Positions 17,362 through 26,733 of a DNA stretch of 64,000 nt are shown piece after piece (within the stretch, counting starts at the first letter, position 1; the number at the start of each line of letters is the position of its first letter). Source of the stretch: Pirellulales bacterium. Lineage in GTDB: Bacteria > Planctomycetota > Planctomycetia > Pirellulales > JAICIG01. A program made the translations under genes and the position numbers. The notes beneath the pieces were generated by a model that worked only from the letters and a program-made list of their open reading frames with translations, searched no databases and had not been told where the DNA came from. Location: the NCBI GenBank assembly GCA_040901675.1, contig JBBDYJ010000038.1:64001-128000 (forward strand). Direction: 5' to 3'.

Positions 17362-20300
17362 TCAGTTCGCCGGCAGGGCTTCTTGGGGCATCCGCTTGAA
17401 CATCACGTACAGGCAGGGAACGACCAGCAGCGAGAGTGCGGTCGCCCCCAGCACGCCTCCGATAATGGCCCGCGCCAGCGGCATGTTGGCCTCGCCGCCG
17501 CCAAAACCGAAAGCCATGGGCAACAGCGCAAGCCACGTCGTGACGGAGGTCATCAGGATCGGCCGCATCCGGACCTGCGCGGCATCGACAATCGCCTCTT
17601 GAACTCCCAACCCCTCGCGGAGGCGGTGGTTGGCGAAATCGACCAGCACGATCGAGTACTCGACCACGATCCCCACCATCATCACGATTCCCATGAAGGC
17701 CATGATCGAAAGACTCGTTCCGGTCAGGTACAACAGCGCCACCACGCCCACGAACCCCAGCGGCACGGTGAGCATGACCACGAAAGGATCCGCGAAGCTG
17801 CGGAACTGCGCCACCATGACCAGGTAGACGAGCAAGCTGGCGATTACCAGCCCGCCGGAGAACTGGGCGAACGATTCGCGCATGCTACGGACCTCGCCCT
17901 GCATCTCGAAGGCGTATCCCTTGCCGGCGAACTTTTCGCCCTCGACCTGGTAGACGCGCCCCCGCTCCGTGCGGCCGGCCTTGGCCCCCAACTCCGGATT
18001 GGCCTCCAACCGCCGCTCGATCGCCGCCACCACCGAGCCCACATCGAAGCCCGGCAGCACGTTGGCGTACACGTCCGTGGCGCGGGTGATGTTGTGATGG
18101 TTGATCACGGCCGGGCCGGTCGTGCGCTCGATCCGCGCCAGGTTCCGCAGCCGGGCCGGTTCGCTGCTGTTCACCCCGGTGATCGGGATGTCGAGCAACG
18201 TATCGAGCGAATTGATGTCTTCCTCCCGATACTGCACGCCCATGAAGTAGTGGTTCCCGTTGCGCTCGTCGATCCAGAAAGCCGGGTCGAAGTTGATCGA
18301 GCTGTTGGTGGCGCTCACCAGGTTCTTCATCACGTTCTCGGGCGTCACTCCCTGGTACGCCGCCAGCACGCGGTCCATGTTCACTTGCAGAATCGGGTAG
18401 TCCATCCGCTGCGCGATTCGCACGTCGGCAGCCCCCTCGACTTGCCGCGCCTCGTCGCGGATCATCACGGCGATCTCCTGCGCGGTGTCGAGATTCGATC
18501 CCGTCACCTGGAAGTGAATGGGCGACGGCTCCCCCATGTTCAACGCCGCCGTCATCATGCCGCCCGTGTCGAACGCGAATTCCACCTCCGGGAACCGCCG
18601 CGTCAACTCGCGGCGCAGGCGGTCCACGTACTCGAATGTGCCCGGCTGGCCGGCCTTCCCCTTGAGCTGCACCAGGATAAAGGCGTCCATCGGGCCCGTG
18701 TTGGGCGTGTAGGCGGCCGGCCAGTCCATCAGCACGCCGATGTTGGAAATCAGGATCTGCATGTTCGATTCAGGAACCTGCTCGTCGCCCAGGGCAAAAG
18801 CGGGGTCGGGCCGGCCGATCTCGGCGATCAGCGCCTGTTCGATCTCGTCGATCCTGGCTTCGGTCCGCTCGATCCGCGTTCCCGACGGCATCCGCGCATA
18901 GATGGTGAACTGGCCCGCGTCGACCGGCGGGAACAGCTCGGTCCCCAGCCGCGTCAGGCCCACCACCGAGACCACGAACAGCACGGCGGCCGCCAGCACC
19001 ACGGCACGCCGCGCCCGCAGCACGCCCCGCAGCAGCCGCCCGTAGGCCCGCACCAACCCGCCGGCGCGCTCGGTTCCCCCGCCCGCCGGCACGCGCAGAA
19101 AGCGCGCGCAATAGGCCGGCACGATCGTGATCGACAGCAGGTAGGAGGCGGCGATGGCGATGCTGGCCGAGACTGCCAGCGGCGTGAACAGGAACTTAGC
19201 CAGCCCCGACAAAAACACGATCGGATAAAAGACGACGATGAACGTAATCGTCGAGACCAGGATCGGCAGGGCCACTTCACGCGTGCCGTCCAGCGCGGCC
19301 TCGAATGGCTTCTTGCCCATCTGCGCATGCCGCACCACGTTTTCCAAAACCACGATCGACTGGTCGACCAGGATGCCGATGGCCAAGGCCAGCCCACCCA
19401 GCGTCATGGCGTTGATCGTGTCGCCCGTGTAGAAAAGCCCGACAACCGCCGCCAGGATGGCCAAGGGAATCGCCAACACGATGATCAGCGTCGATCGCAG
19501 GCTGCGGAGGAACAGGAGCACGACGACGCCGGCCAGCACGGCCCCCAAGCCGGCCGCGATTTGCAATCCTTGGATGCTCTGCCGGACGCCAACCGATTGG
19601 TCCATGGCCACCGAGAGCACCAGTCCCTGGATCTTCGGGTCGTCGGCGTTCATGTCCTTCAGCCGGCTCAGCATCTGGTCCAGCCGGTCCTTGATCGAGT
19701 CGACGATCTGGATGGTGTTGGCCCCCGGCTGCCGGTAGATGGGAATGTACACCTGCCGAGCCCCGTTGACCCGCACCACGTTGGTCTGAATCTGGCCCGC
19801 GTCGCGCACCTCGCCGACGTCCTGCATCAGCACCGGAGCCCCGTCGACGATCTTGATGGGAGCCTGGTTCAGCTCCTCGACCAGCCGGGGAATCGAGTTG
19901 GTGAAGATCTGGAAATCGTAGTCCCCGATCTTGGCGTTCCCGGCGGGGATCAGCACGTTCTGTTCCCGCAGCGCCTGCTGCACGTCCATCAGCGAAAGCC
20001 CCCGCGCCTCCAGCTTCTCGCGGTCCACATAAGCCAGGATCCGCCGCAGCTTGCCGCCGTACACCGCCGGCGCAATCACTCCCTGGATCGACTGCAGCCG
20101 GTTGCGCAGCTCGAAATAGGCGATGTCGTACAGCTCCTTCTCGCTCATCTGCGGATTCGAGACCACCACCAGGCACAGCGGCACCGAGGCCGTGGGATCA
20201 AACGGCATCACCATCGGCGGGATCGTGCCCGGCGGAAGGTAGTACATGTCGCTCACGGCATAGCTGGTCACCTGCGACATGGCCGTGTCCATCGAGATGT

Positions 20301-20610
20301 TCTCGTGGAAAAAGTCCTTGACCACGGAGACGCCCAGCATCGCCTTGCCTTCCTGGTGCTCGATTCCCATCGACTGCCCCGTCCAGCGCTCCATCCGGCT
20401 CATGATGTCCTTTTCCATCACTTCCGGCGGCATGCCCGGATAGAAGGTCAGGATTTGCACCGCCGGAGTCTTGAACGTCGGCAGCAAATCCCGCGGGATC
20501 GGCTGGATCCCCAACGCCGGCACCCCCACGTAGGAGACGCTGCCCAGCACGAGAATGGCCAGCGCCGCCACGATCACCAGGTGCGGGTTATTGAGCGCGG
20601 TTCGGATCAT
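17362..20610 (-). CDS. RND efflux permease (AcrB/CusA superfamily)
   Basis: 1082 aa; GILVDQSIVVLENV, RMRPILMTS, PLARAIIGG. Confidence 0.93.
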   Translation of the reverse strand: MIRTALNNPHLVIVAALAILVLGSVSYVGVPALGIQPIPRDLLPTFKTPAVQILTFYPGMPPEVMEKDIMSRMERWTGQSMGIEHQEGKAMLGVSVVKDFFHENISMDTAMSQVTSYAVSDMYYLPPGTIPPMVMPFDPTASVPLCLVVVSNPQMSEKELYDIAYFELRNRLQSIQGVIAPAVYGGKLRRILAYVDREKLEARGLSLMDVQQALREQNVLIPAGNAKIGDYDFQIFTNSIPRLVEELNQAPIKIVDGAPVLMQDVGEVRDAGQIQTNVVRVNGARQVYIPIYRQPGANTIQIVDSIKDRLDQMLSRLKDMNADDPKIQGLVLSVAMDQSVGVRQSIQGLQIAAGLGAVLAGVVVLLFLRSLRSTLIIVLAIPLAILAAVVGLFYTGDTINAMTLGGLALAIGILVDQSIVVLENVVRHAQMGKKPFEAALDGTREVALPILVSTITFIVVFYPIVFLSGLAKFLFTPLAVSASIAIAASYLLSITIVPAYCARFLRVPAGGGTERAGGLVRAYGRLLRGVLRARRAVVLAAAVLFVVSVVGLTRLGTELFPPVDAGQFTIYARMPSGTRIERTEARIDEIEQALIAEIGRPDPAFALGDEQVPESNMQILISNIGVLMDWPAAYTPNTGPMDAFILVQLKGKAGQPGTFEYVDRLRRELTRRFPEVEFAFDTGGMMTAALNMGEPSPIHFQVTGSNLDTAQEIAVMIRDEARQVEGAADVRIAQRMDYPILQVNMDRVLAAYQGVTPENVMKNLVSATNSSINFDPAFWIDERNGNHYFMGVQYREEDINSLDTLLDIPITGVNSSEPARLRNLARIERTTGPAVINHHNITRATDVYANVLPGFDVGSVVAAIERRLEANPELGAKAGRTERGRVYQVEGEKFAGKGYAFEMQGEVRSMRESFAQFSGGLVIASLLVYLVMVAQFRSFADPFVVMLTVPLGFVGVVALLYLTGTSLSIMAFMGIVMMVGIVVEYSIVLVDFANHRLREGLGVQEAIVDAAQVRMRPILMTSVTTWLALLPMAFGFGGGEANMPLARAIIGGVLGATALSLLVVPCLYVMFKRMPQEALPAN

Positions 20611-21497
20611 GGGGAGCCCGGGGTCGCCTCTGCGGCAAATCGAGTTGGATTAACGTCAGCGAACGAGTCGAAGGCAACGAGTCTCTGCCGCGGCGCTTCG
20701 TTCTGCGGTGCCGCGCGCCCGGAATGATGGGCCCCGTAGCCGCGCAGGATCTCCACCAGCACGTCGCGCGGCGCCCGCCCCAGCACCAGCACAACGTGCC
20801 CGTGCAGCAGGCCGGCGACCATCTGGTACCGCCCTTCCCGGCACTCGTGTAACCGTCCCTCGGCCGGCAGATGCTCCCGCATTTGCGGAAACGCGCGCAA
20901 GCTTTGAAAAGGCAAGACGAATACCGAAACAGGCTGCCGGTCCACCTCGCCCACGATGTGCACTCCCAGCTCGCGCTTCAGGCGGCACAGGCCTCCCCCC
21001 TTGAGCTCAAAACCTGCCTGCCCCCGAGGCGGGCAGCGCACCGCAAACCCGGCCCTGGGGCGCAATCGCTGCTCGACCTCCTCCACCGAGCTGCTCACCA
21101 CTTCGGCCTGCCAAGAGCCGCTCACGTAGTTCTCGTGCTCCGTCGCCGCCAGCCGACCCAGGTTGTCCGAATCGCCCAGCCGGGTGAGCGACCACAAGCC
21201 GACGGCCACGACGACCGACGCGGCCAAGGCCAACATCCACAGCCCCTTCGAGCGGCTGGCGGGCACCGCCGCATCGCTGAGCAACTGCTGTTCGATCGTC
21301 TGCCACGTGCTGGCGTTCGCCTCGCCGCGTGCCAAGAGGTCGTCCAGCAGGCCCTGCGTCCTTGCCTCGCGGGCGAACCAGGCCTTGCACTGCGGGCACG
21401 TCGCGAGGTGGTCGCTGATTTGAAAGTGCAGCTCCGCTCCTCCCTCGCTGTCGTAATAGAGATGGAAGAATTTGCGGATGTCGTTGCAGTTGGTCAT
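20607..21497 (-). CDS. zf-HC2 transmembrane anti-sigma factor
   Basis: MTNC...HLATCPQC, one TM, periplasmic domain with Cys/His; ATGA overlap with the sigma gene. Confidence 0.85.
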   Translation of the reverse strand: MTNCNDIRKFFHLYYDSEGGAELHFQISDHLATCPQCKAWFAREARTQGLLDDLLARGEANASTWQTIEQQLLSDAAVPASRSKGLWMLALAASVVVAVGLWSLTRLGDSDNLGRLAATEHENYVSGSWQAEVVSSSVEEVEQRLRPRAGFAVRCPPRGQAGFELKGGGLCRLKRELGVHIVGEVDRQPVSVFVLPFQSLRAFPQMREHLPAEGRLHECREGRYQMVAGLLHGHVVLVLGRAPRDVLVEILRGYGAHHSGRAAPQNEAPRQRLVAFDSFADVNPTRFAAEATPGSP

Positions 21498-22126
21498 GCG
21501 TCTTCTCCAGCCGGTGGGGCGGAAGGAGGTGGGCTCGCCGAGGGGCGGGCGGCCTCGGCCGGATCGGTCCACCTGTTCTCCATTGCGTACTCGCTCAGAA
21601 ATGTCCGCATCCGCCGCCTCGCGCGCGACAGGTACCCCATAACGCTCGCCACCGGTATCTCCAACATCTCGTGAATCTCGTGGTAGCTGAACTCGCCGAT
21701 CGACTTGAGCAGCAAGCAGGAACGCTCCGCGGCACTCAGCCGGGCCAGGGCCTGGACCAGCGGATCCTGCAGCAGTTCGAGCAGCCGCTCGGGATCATTA
21801 TCCAGCAGACTTTCGACGGCATCGTCCGCTTGCGGCTGCTCGCGGGCCTCCTCCAGGCCCATCTCCTCCGGTATCTCGGCCAGCAGCAGCGGCTCGTGCC
21901 GGCGGTTCGCGTTGAACACCTGGTACGTCACGAAGCGGAACATCCAAGCCTTGAAGTTCGTGCCGGGCGAAAAGTTGCCAAACTCCTGAAATGCCTTCAG
22001 CACCGCGTCCTGCAACACGTCCTCGACGTGTGCCGGGTTGCGCAGCATCCGCCTCGCATACAACTGAAGTTGTTGCTCGATGGGCTTCAGCAGCTTGACG
22101 AAGCTCGGGGCGTCGGCGCGATTCAA
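21494..22126 (-). CDS. ECF (sigma-70 group IV) sigma factor
   Basis: EDVLQDAVLKAF, NFKAWMFR, FSYHEIHEMLEIPVASVMGYLSRARRRM. Confidence 0.92.
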   Translation of the reverse strand: MNRADAPSFVKLLKPIEQQLQLYARRMLRNPAHVEDVLQDAVLKAFQEFGNFSPGTNFKAWMFRFVTYQVFNANRRHEPLLLAEIPEEMGLEEAREQPQADDAVESLLDNDPERLLELLQDPLVQALARLSAAERSCLLLKSIGEFSYHEIHEMLEIPVASVMGYLSRARRRMRTFLSEYAMENRWTDPAEAARPSASPPPSAPPAGEDA

Positions 22127-22148
22127 CGTTCGCTGTTTACCAATCGGC

Positions 22149-22219
22149 GCGGCGGTGCGAAGGTCCTATCTATACAACGTTTCGAACCCGCCAAAACCAG
22201 ACAGGCGGTCGAAAAAAGC
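22149..22219 (-). promoter_or_regulatory. 71-bp element, copy 2 (putative autoregulatory promoter of the ECF sigma operon)
   Basis: Inverted copy of 6587-6657, ending about 22 nt before the sigma start. Confidence 0.65.
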
Positions 22220-22476
22220 CGATCCGGCGGCGGCGTGCCCCGCCTCAAACGCCGGCTGGCAAGCGAGTTGCGCCCCAAACGCCCCGAATGGCTCCCCGCC
22301 GGTGCGCCAGGCCGAATAGACGGGCGACCGAGGGCTAGTGGTGGTACACCTTGCAGTCCGGCAGCCTGTTTCGCAGGGCCTGGGCGCCTCTCGGCGTTAC
22401 GCCTGTGCCACCAAGACTGACTTGACGAAGCCCTGTCAGATCGCCGAGCGATTCCGCCCCAACATCGGTAATCGAG

Positions 22477-23982
22477 TCACGACGCCGCGAACAGCTCGGG
22501 GCGGACGTGCCCGTCGCCGGCTACCAGCGCGGGGCGGCCGAGTGGATCGGCAACGGTCGTCGAGGGATCGATCCCCAACAGATAAAGCACGCTGGCCAGC
22601 ACGTCCTTGGGCGAGACGGGCGTGTGCCGCACGTCGCCGCCGTGCGCGTCGCTCGCCCCCACCACGCGCCCCCGCGCAACGCCGCCTCCCGCAAACGCCG
22701 CCGAGTAGACCCGCGACCAGTGGTGGCGGCCGGCCCCCTTGGGCTTCGAGTCGATCTGCGGCGTGCGGCCATGCTCGCTGATGCAGACCACCAGCGTCTC
22801 GTCCAACAGGCCGCGCTGGTCCAGGTCCTCGATCAGCGCCGAATAAGCCTGGTCGAACACGGGCAGCAGGTATTCCTTCAGCCGCGGGAAATGGTTGGCG
22901 TGCGTGTCCCAGCACGAGCCCCCGAACGGCTCGAACGGATCCCAGAACACCGACACGAACTTGCCGCCGGCCTCCACCAGCCGCCGCGCCGCCAGCGACG
23001 CCTGGCCGAACAGCGTCAGGCCGTACCGCTCGCGCATGGCCGCCGTCTCGCGGTGTACGTCCAGCGCCTCGCGGACCTTGCCGGAGAGGATCAACGACCA
23101 GGCGAGCTGCCGGTATTGGTCGAACGTTTGCACCCGCCGATCGGAATCGAGCCAGGCCGACGCCTGGTCGAACTGCGCCAACAGCGCCTGCCGCATGCCG
23201 ACTTGCTCCAGCGACAACCCCGCCGGCAGCTCGCCGCTGGCGGGAAGCAGAAAATTGCTCTCGGCCGGCACGCCCGCGAACGGATCGTAGACGTCGTCGG
23301 TTTGTCCGTCGGTCAGCTTGGGCACGGCCTTGGTTCCGCGGCCATTGAAATCGGTCCAGACCGGGTCGAAGGCCTGCCCGAGAAAGGCCGCGTAGGGTCC
23401 GGCCAGCGTGGGCAGCGAGCTCTTGGACCCGAACTGCCACGGCAGCCCGATATTGCGGGGCATGGCGGGCAAGCGGCCGCCCGCCCGCTGGTGCTCGACG
23501 TAGTCGACCACCGAGCCGATGAACGGCCAGTGTTCAGGCGCCCGCGGGTTGGCCTCGATGGCGGGCGTGTAGGTCGGCATGCCGCTCAGGGCGTAGGCCA
23601 CACCGTGTACCGGGTAGGGATGCGTCATCGAGCGCACCACCGTGATCTTGTCCATCACCTGGGCCACCCGCGGCAATCCCTCGCAGATCTCGACGCCCGC
23701 CACGCTGGTGCCGATCGCTTTCATTTCGCCCTGCACTTCGGCGGGGGCCAGCGGCTTGGGGTCGAACGTCTCGTGCTGCGGCGGCGAGCCGAAGGGAAAC
23801 AGCAGGATGCACGCCTTGGCCTTGCCGAAGCTGGCGGACCGCTCGTTACGCGGCTGCTCGGCCGCCAGCGCCAGGGCATCGCTCAGGCCGAGACCGAGCA
23901 TCCCCAGGCCGCCCACCTGGAGCAAATCCCGGCGGCTGAACCCATCGCAGAGCGTCTTGTTCGAACCCAGCAGTCGCAGCAT
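22477..23982 (-). CDS. DUF1501 family protein
   Basis: SRRDLLQVG, ETFDPKP, WDTHANHF, RGLLDETLV, EHGRTP. Confidence 0.9.
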   Translation of the reverse strand: MLRLLGSNKTLCDGFSRRDLLQVGGLGMLGLGLSDALALAAEQPRNERSASFGKAKACILLFPFGSPPQHETFDPKPLAPAEVQGEMKAIGTSVAGVEICEGLPRVAQVMDKITVVRSMTHPYPVHGVAYALSGMPTYTPAIEANPRAPEHWPFIGSVVDYVEHQRAGGRLPAMPRNIGLPWQFGSKSSLPTLAGPYAAFLGQAFDPVWTDFNGRGTKAVPKLTDGQTDDVYDPFAGVPAESNFLLPASGELPAGLSLEQVGMRQALLAQFDQASAWLDSDRRVQTFDQYRQLAWSLILSGKVREALDVHRETAAMRERYGLTLFGQASLAARRLVEAGGKFVSVFWDPFEPFGGSCWDTHANHFPRLKEYLLPVFDQAYSALIEDLDQRGLLDETLVVCISEHGRTPQIDSKPKGAGRHHWSRVYSAAFAGGGVARGRVVGASDAHGGDVRHTPVSPKDVLASVLYLLGIDPSTTVADPLGRPALVAGDGHVRPELFAAS

Positions 23983-24077
23983 AAACCGTCAAGCTCTCAG
24001 CTATCCGTTTTCAGCCCCACGGGCCGCCATGAGTGTACCGCATCATCGAAGTAGTGTACCCCTTCCTCCTTCCTCAT

Positions 24078-24370
24078 CGGGTGCCTGGTGGCAGAGCGGA
24101 CTTCGGCGAGCTCAGTCGAGTCGTAGCGTGCCCCAGTCTTCGTGGTCCGTGTTCCTCCTTCGTCCTTCCGCCTTCTGCCTTCGTCCTTCTGCCTTTATTC
24201 CTCCTTCCTCCTTCCCTCCCCGCGGGTGCCTGGGGCAAAGCGGACTTCGGCGAGCTCAGTCGAGTCGTAGCGTGCCCCAGTCTTCGTCGTCCGTGTTCCT
24301 CCTTTGTCCTTCTGCCTTCTGCCTTCGTCCCTCTGCCTTCCTTCCTCCTTCCTCATTCCTCATTCCTCCT
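24078..24370. repeat. Tandem pair of REP-like GGGTGCCTGG...TGCCCCAG elements plus heptamer CT-rich tracts
   Basis: Copies at 24078-24136 and 24223-24280; family also at 26511, 28963, 32584, 34330, 35368. Confidence 0.8.
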
Positions 24371-25493
24371 TCCCTCCGCGCGCCTCCACCGGCACCCATT
24401 TCCGCGCCGCCGGCCCGGTGTACCGCGACCGCGGCCGGATCAGCCGGTTGTTGTCCAACTGCTCGATCACGTGGGCGCTCCAGCCCACGACGCGGCTGAT
24501 CACGAACAGCGGCGTGTACAGCTCCACCGGCAACCCCAGGTAGTGATACAGCCGCGCACTGGGCCAATCGAGGTTGGGCGGCAGCTTCTTCTCGTCGCGC
24601 ACGATCGTCTCGATCGTCTCGGCCATCCGTTCCATGTCCTCGTGGCCGGTCTCCGCGGCCAGCTCCTGGCACAGCGTCTTGAGATAGGCCGCCCGCGGAT
24701 CGCCCGTCTTGTACACCCGGTGGCCGAAGCCCATGATCCGCCGCTTGGCGGCCAGCGCCTCGCGGACCCAGGCCTCGGCCCGCTCGGGACTGCCCACTTC
24801 GGCCAGCACCTCCATCACCCGCTCGTTGGCCCCGCCGTGCAACGGCCCTTTCAACGCGCCGATCGCCGCCGTAACCGCGGAGTGCAAATCCGACAGCGTC
24901 GAAGCCACCACCCGCGCGGTGAACGTCGACGCGTTGTACTCGTGCTCGGCATACAGAATCAGCGACACGTCCATCGCCTTCACCGACCGCGGCGTCGGAT
25001 CGCGGCGGTTCAGCATCCACAGCACGTTGGCCGCCAGCGAGCGATGCGGATCCGGCGCCACCGGCTCCTTGCCGGCCGTCAGCCGCTGCCGGGCCGCCAT
25101 CACCACCGGCAGTTGGGCCAGCAGCCGTTCGGCCTTGCGCACGTTGGCATCGTGGCTGTTGTCCGCGGCCTCCCGGTCCCAGTGTGCCAGCAGGCTGGCG
25201 CCGCTGCGCATCACGTCCATCAACGGCGCGCGGGTCTCGATCTGCCGCAGGATGTTGAGCACCGCTTGCGGCAGCGGCGCGGCCGCGGCTAGCCGCTGGC
25301 GGAAAGCGGCCAGTTGATCGGCGGTCGGCAGCTCGCCGTGCAGGATCAGGAAAGCGACCTCCTCGAACGTGGCGTGCTCCGCCAGCTCCTCGATGGAATA
25401 GCCGCGGTACTTGAGCCCGCCGGCCAGCGTGCTGACGGCCGTCTCGCCCGCCACGATCCCTTCCAACCCCGGGCTGTAAATCTCGTCGCTCAT
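24360..25493 (-). CDS. prpC: 2-methylcitrate synthase / citrate synthase family
   Basis: SPGLEGIVAGET, YAEHEYNASTF, GPLHGGANE, MGFGHRVY; coupled to prpB. Confidence 0.85.
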   Translation of the reverse strand: MSDEIYSPGLEGIVAGETAVSTLAGGLKYRGYSIEELAEHATFEEVAFLILHGELPTADQLAAFRQRLAAAAPLPQAVLNILRQIETRAPLMDVMRSGASLLAHWDREAADNSHDANVRKAERLLAQLPVVMAARQRLTAGKEPVAPDPHRSLAANVLWMLNRRDPTPRSVKAMDVSLILYAEHEYNASTFTARVVASTLSDLHSAVTAAIGALKGPLHGGANERVMEVLAEVGSPERAEAWVREALAAKRRIMGFGHRVYKTGDPRAAYLKTLCQELAAETGHEDMERMAETIETIVRDEKKLPPNLDWPSARLYHYLGLPVELYTPLFVISRVVGWSAHVIEQLDNNRLIRPRSRYTGPAARKWVPVEARGGKEE

Positions 25494-26386
25494 TCGGCCT
25501 CTCCCAGAAACATCGCTCGGTCCGGCTCTTCGTATTCGTGGTAGCCCAGCAGGTCGTACAGTTCCTGCCGCGTCTGCATCAGGTCCAACAGCCCGTTTTG
25601 CGTGCCTTCGTTGACCATCAGCGCCAGCGCCGCCTCCACCGCCTTCATGGCCACCCGGAGCAGCGTCACCGGGTACAGCACGGCAGCGTAGCCCATCTCG
25701 GCCAGTTGATCGAGCGTCAACAGCGGGCTTTGGCCGAACTCCGTCATGTTGGCCACCAGCGGAGCGTCGATCGCAAGGGCGAACCGCTCGAATTCCTCTT
25801 CGCTGGCCAGCGCCTCCGGGAAGATCCAATCGGCGCCCGCCTCCAAATACTGCTCGGCCCGCGCCACGGCCGACTCGAACCCCTCCACCCCGCGCGCATC
25901 GGTGCGGGCCACGAGCACCAGGTCCGCATCGGCCTTCGCCGCCCTGGCTGCCCGCAGCTTGGCGCACATCTCGCCCGTCTCGACCAGCGTCTTGCCGCTC
26001 AGGTGGCCGCACCGTTTGGGCAGCCGCTGGTCTTCCAATTGAATGGCCGCCGCCCCGGCCGCCTCCAGCTCGACCACCGTGCGTTCGACGTTCACCGACT
26101 CGCCGAAGCCGGTGTCGGCATCGACGATCAGCGGGATCTTCACCCGCCGCGTCAGCCGCGCCGTCTGTTCGGCCAGCTCGGTGAGCGTGAACAGGCCCAC
26201 GTCGGGCAGCGCCAGCGTGCCGGCCGAGAAGGCGGCGCCCGACAGGTACATGGCCGAAAACCCGGCATCCTCGATCATCCGCCCGACCAGGGCATCGAAT
26301 GCGCCGGGAACGGCGATGGTCGAGTCGGCCACCGCCTCGCGCAGCACGCGGCCGGGAGTCAAACGATCCGGAGTAATGCCAGGCAC
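25490..26386 (-). CDS. prpB: Methylisocitrate lyase
   Basis: YLSGAA, VDADTGFG, EDQRLPKRCGHL, ANMTEFG; GTG start after AGGAG. Confidence 0.9.
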   Translation of the reverse strand: MPGITPDRLTPGRVLREAVADSTIAVPGAFDALVGRMIEDAGFSAMYLSGAAFSAGTLALPDVGLFTLTELAEQTARLTRRVKIPLIVDADTGFGESVNVERTVVELEAAGAAAIQLEDQRLPKRCGHLSGKTLVETGEMCAKLRAARAAKADADLVLVARTDARGVEGFESAVARAEQYLEAGADWIFPEALASEEEFERFALAIDAPLVANMTEFGQSPLLTLDQLAEMGYAAVLYPVTLLRVAMKAVEAALALMVNEGTQNGLLDLMQTRQELYDLLGYHEYEEPDRAMFLGEAE

Positions 26387-26733
26387 CGCTTGCTCCTGAT
26401 CGGCGTCACGTATCGAGTTCAACCGTCTGTCCGAATAATAGGGGGCCGACCGCGCCCAACGCAAGTGCCGAGCCATCATCCACCACCACGACCGCCTTCC
26501 CAGCCGCACGCGGGTGCCTGGGACAAAGCGTCAGCGTGCCCCAGTCTTCGTTCGTATCCCCCCGCGTTCACCTTGTCCCCTTGTCGCCTTGTCGATTCCT
26601 CCTTCCTCCTTCCTCCTTCTGCCCTCTGCCTTCTGCCTTCTGCCTTCCTTCCTCCTCCCTGCCCTAGCCGCCGCCGCCTCAGACCGTTACGCTTGCCGTT
26701 TCACGAACCGCTTGCCACGCCTGCGCACCCGGC

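Noticed and set aside
16747..20727. 1326-aa plus-strand ORF and other long antisense ORFs (40797..43604, 53881..56310, 60165..62204)
   Set aside because: Shadow frames of well-supported opposite-strand genes in high-GC DNA; no recognisable motifs.
24061..24370. Possible CRISPR array, here and at 33420-33540 and 62420-62490
   Set aside because: Only 2-4 imperfect units, no unique constant-length spacers and no cas genes; the same units are dispersed as REP-like elements.
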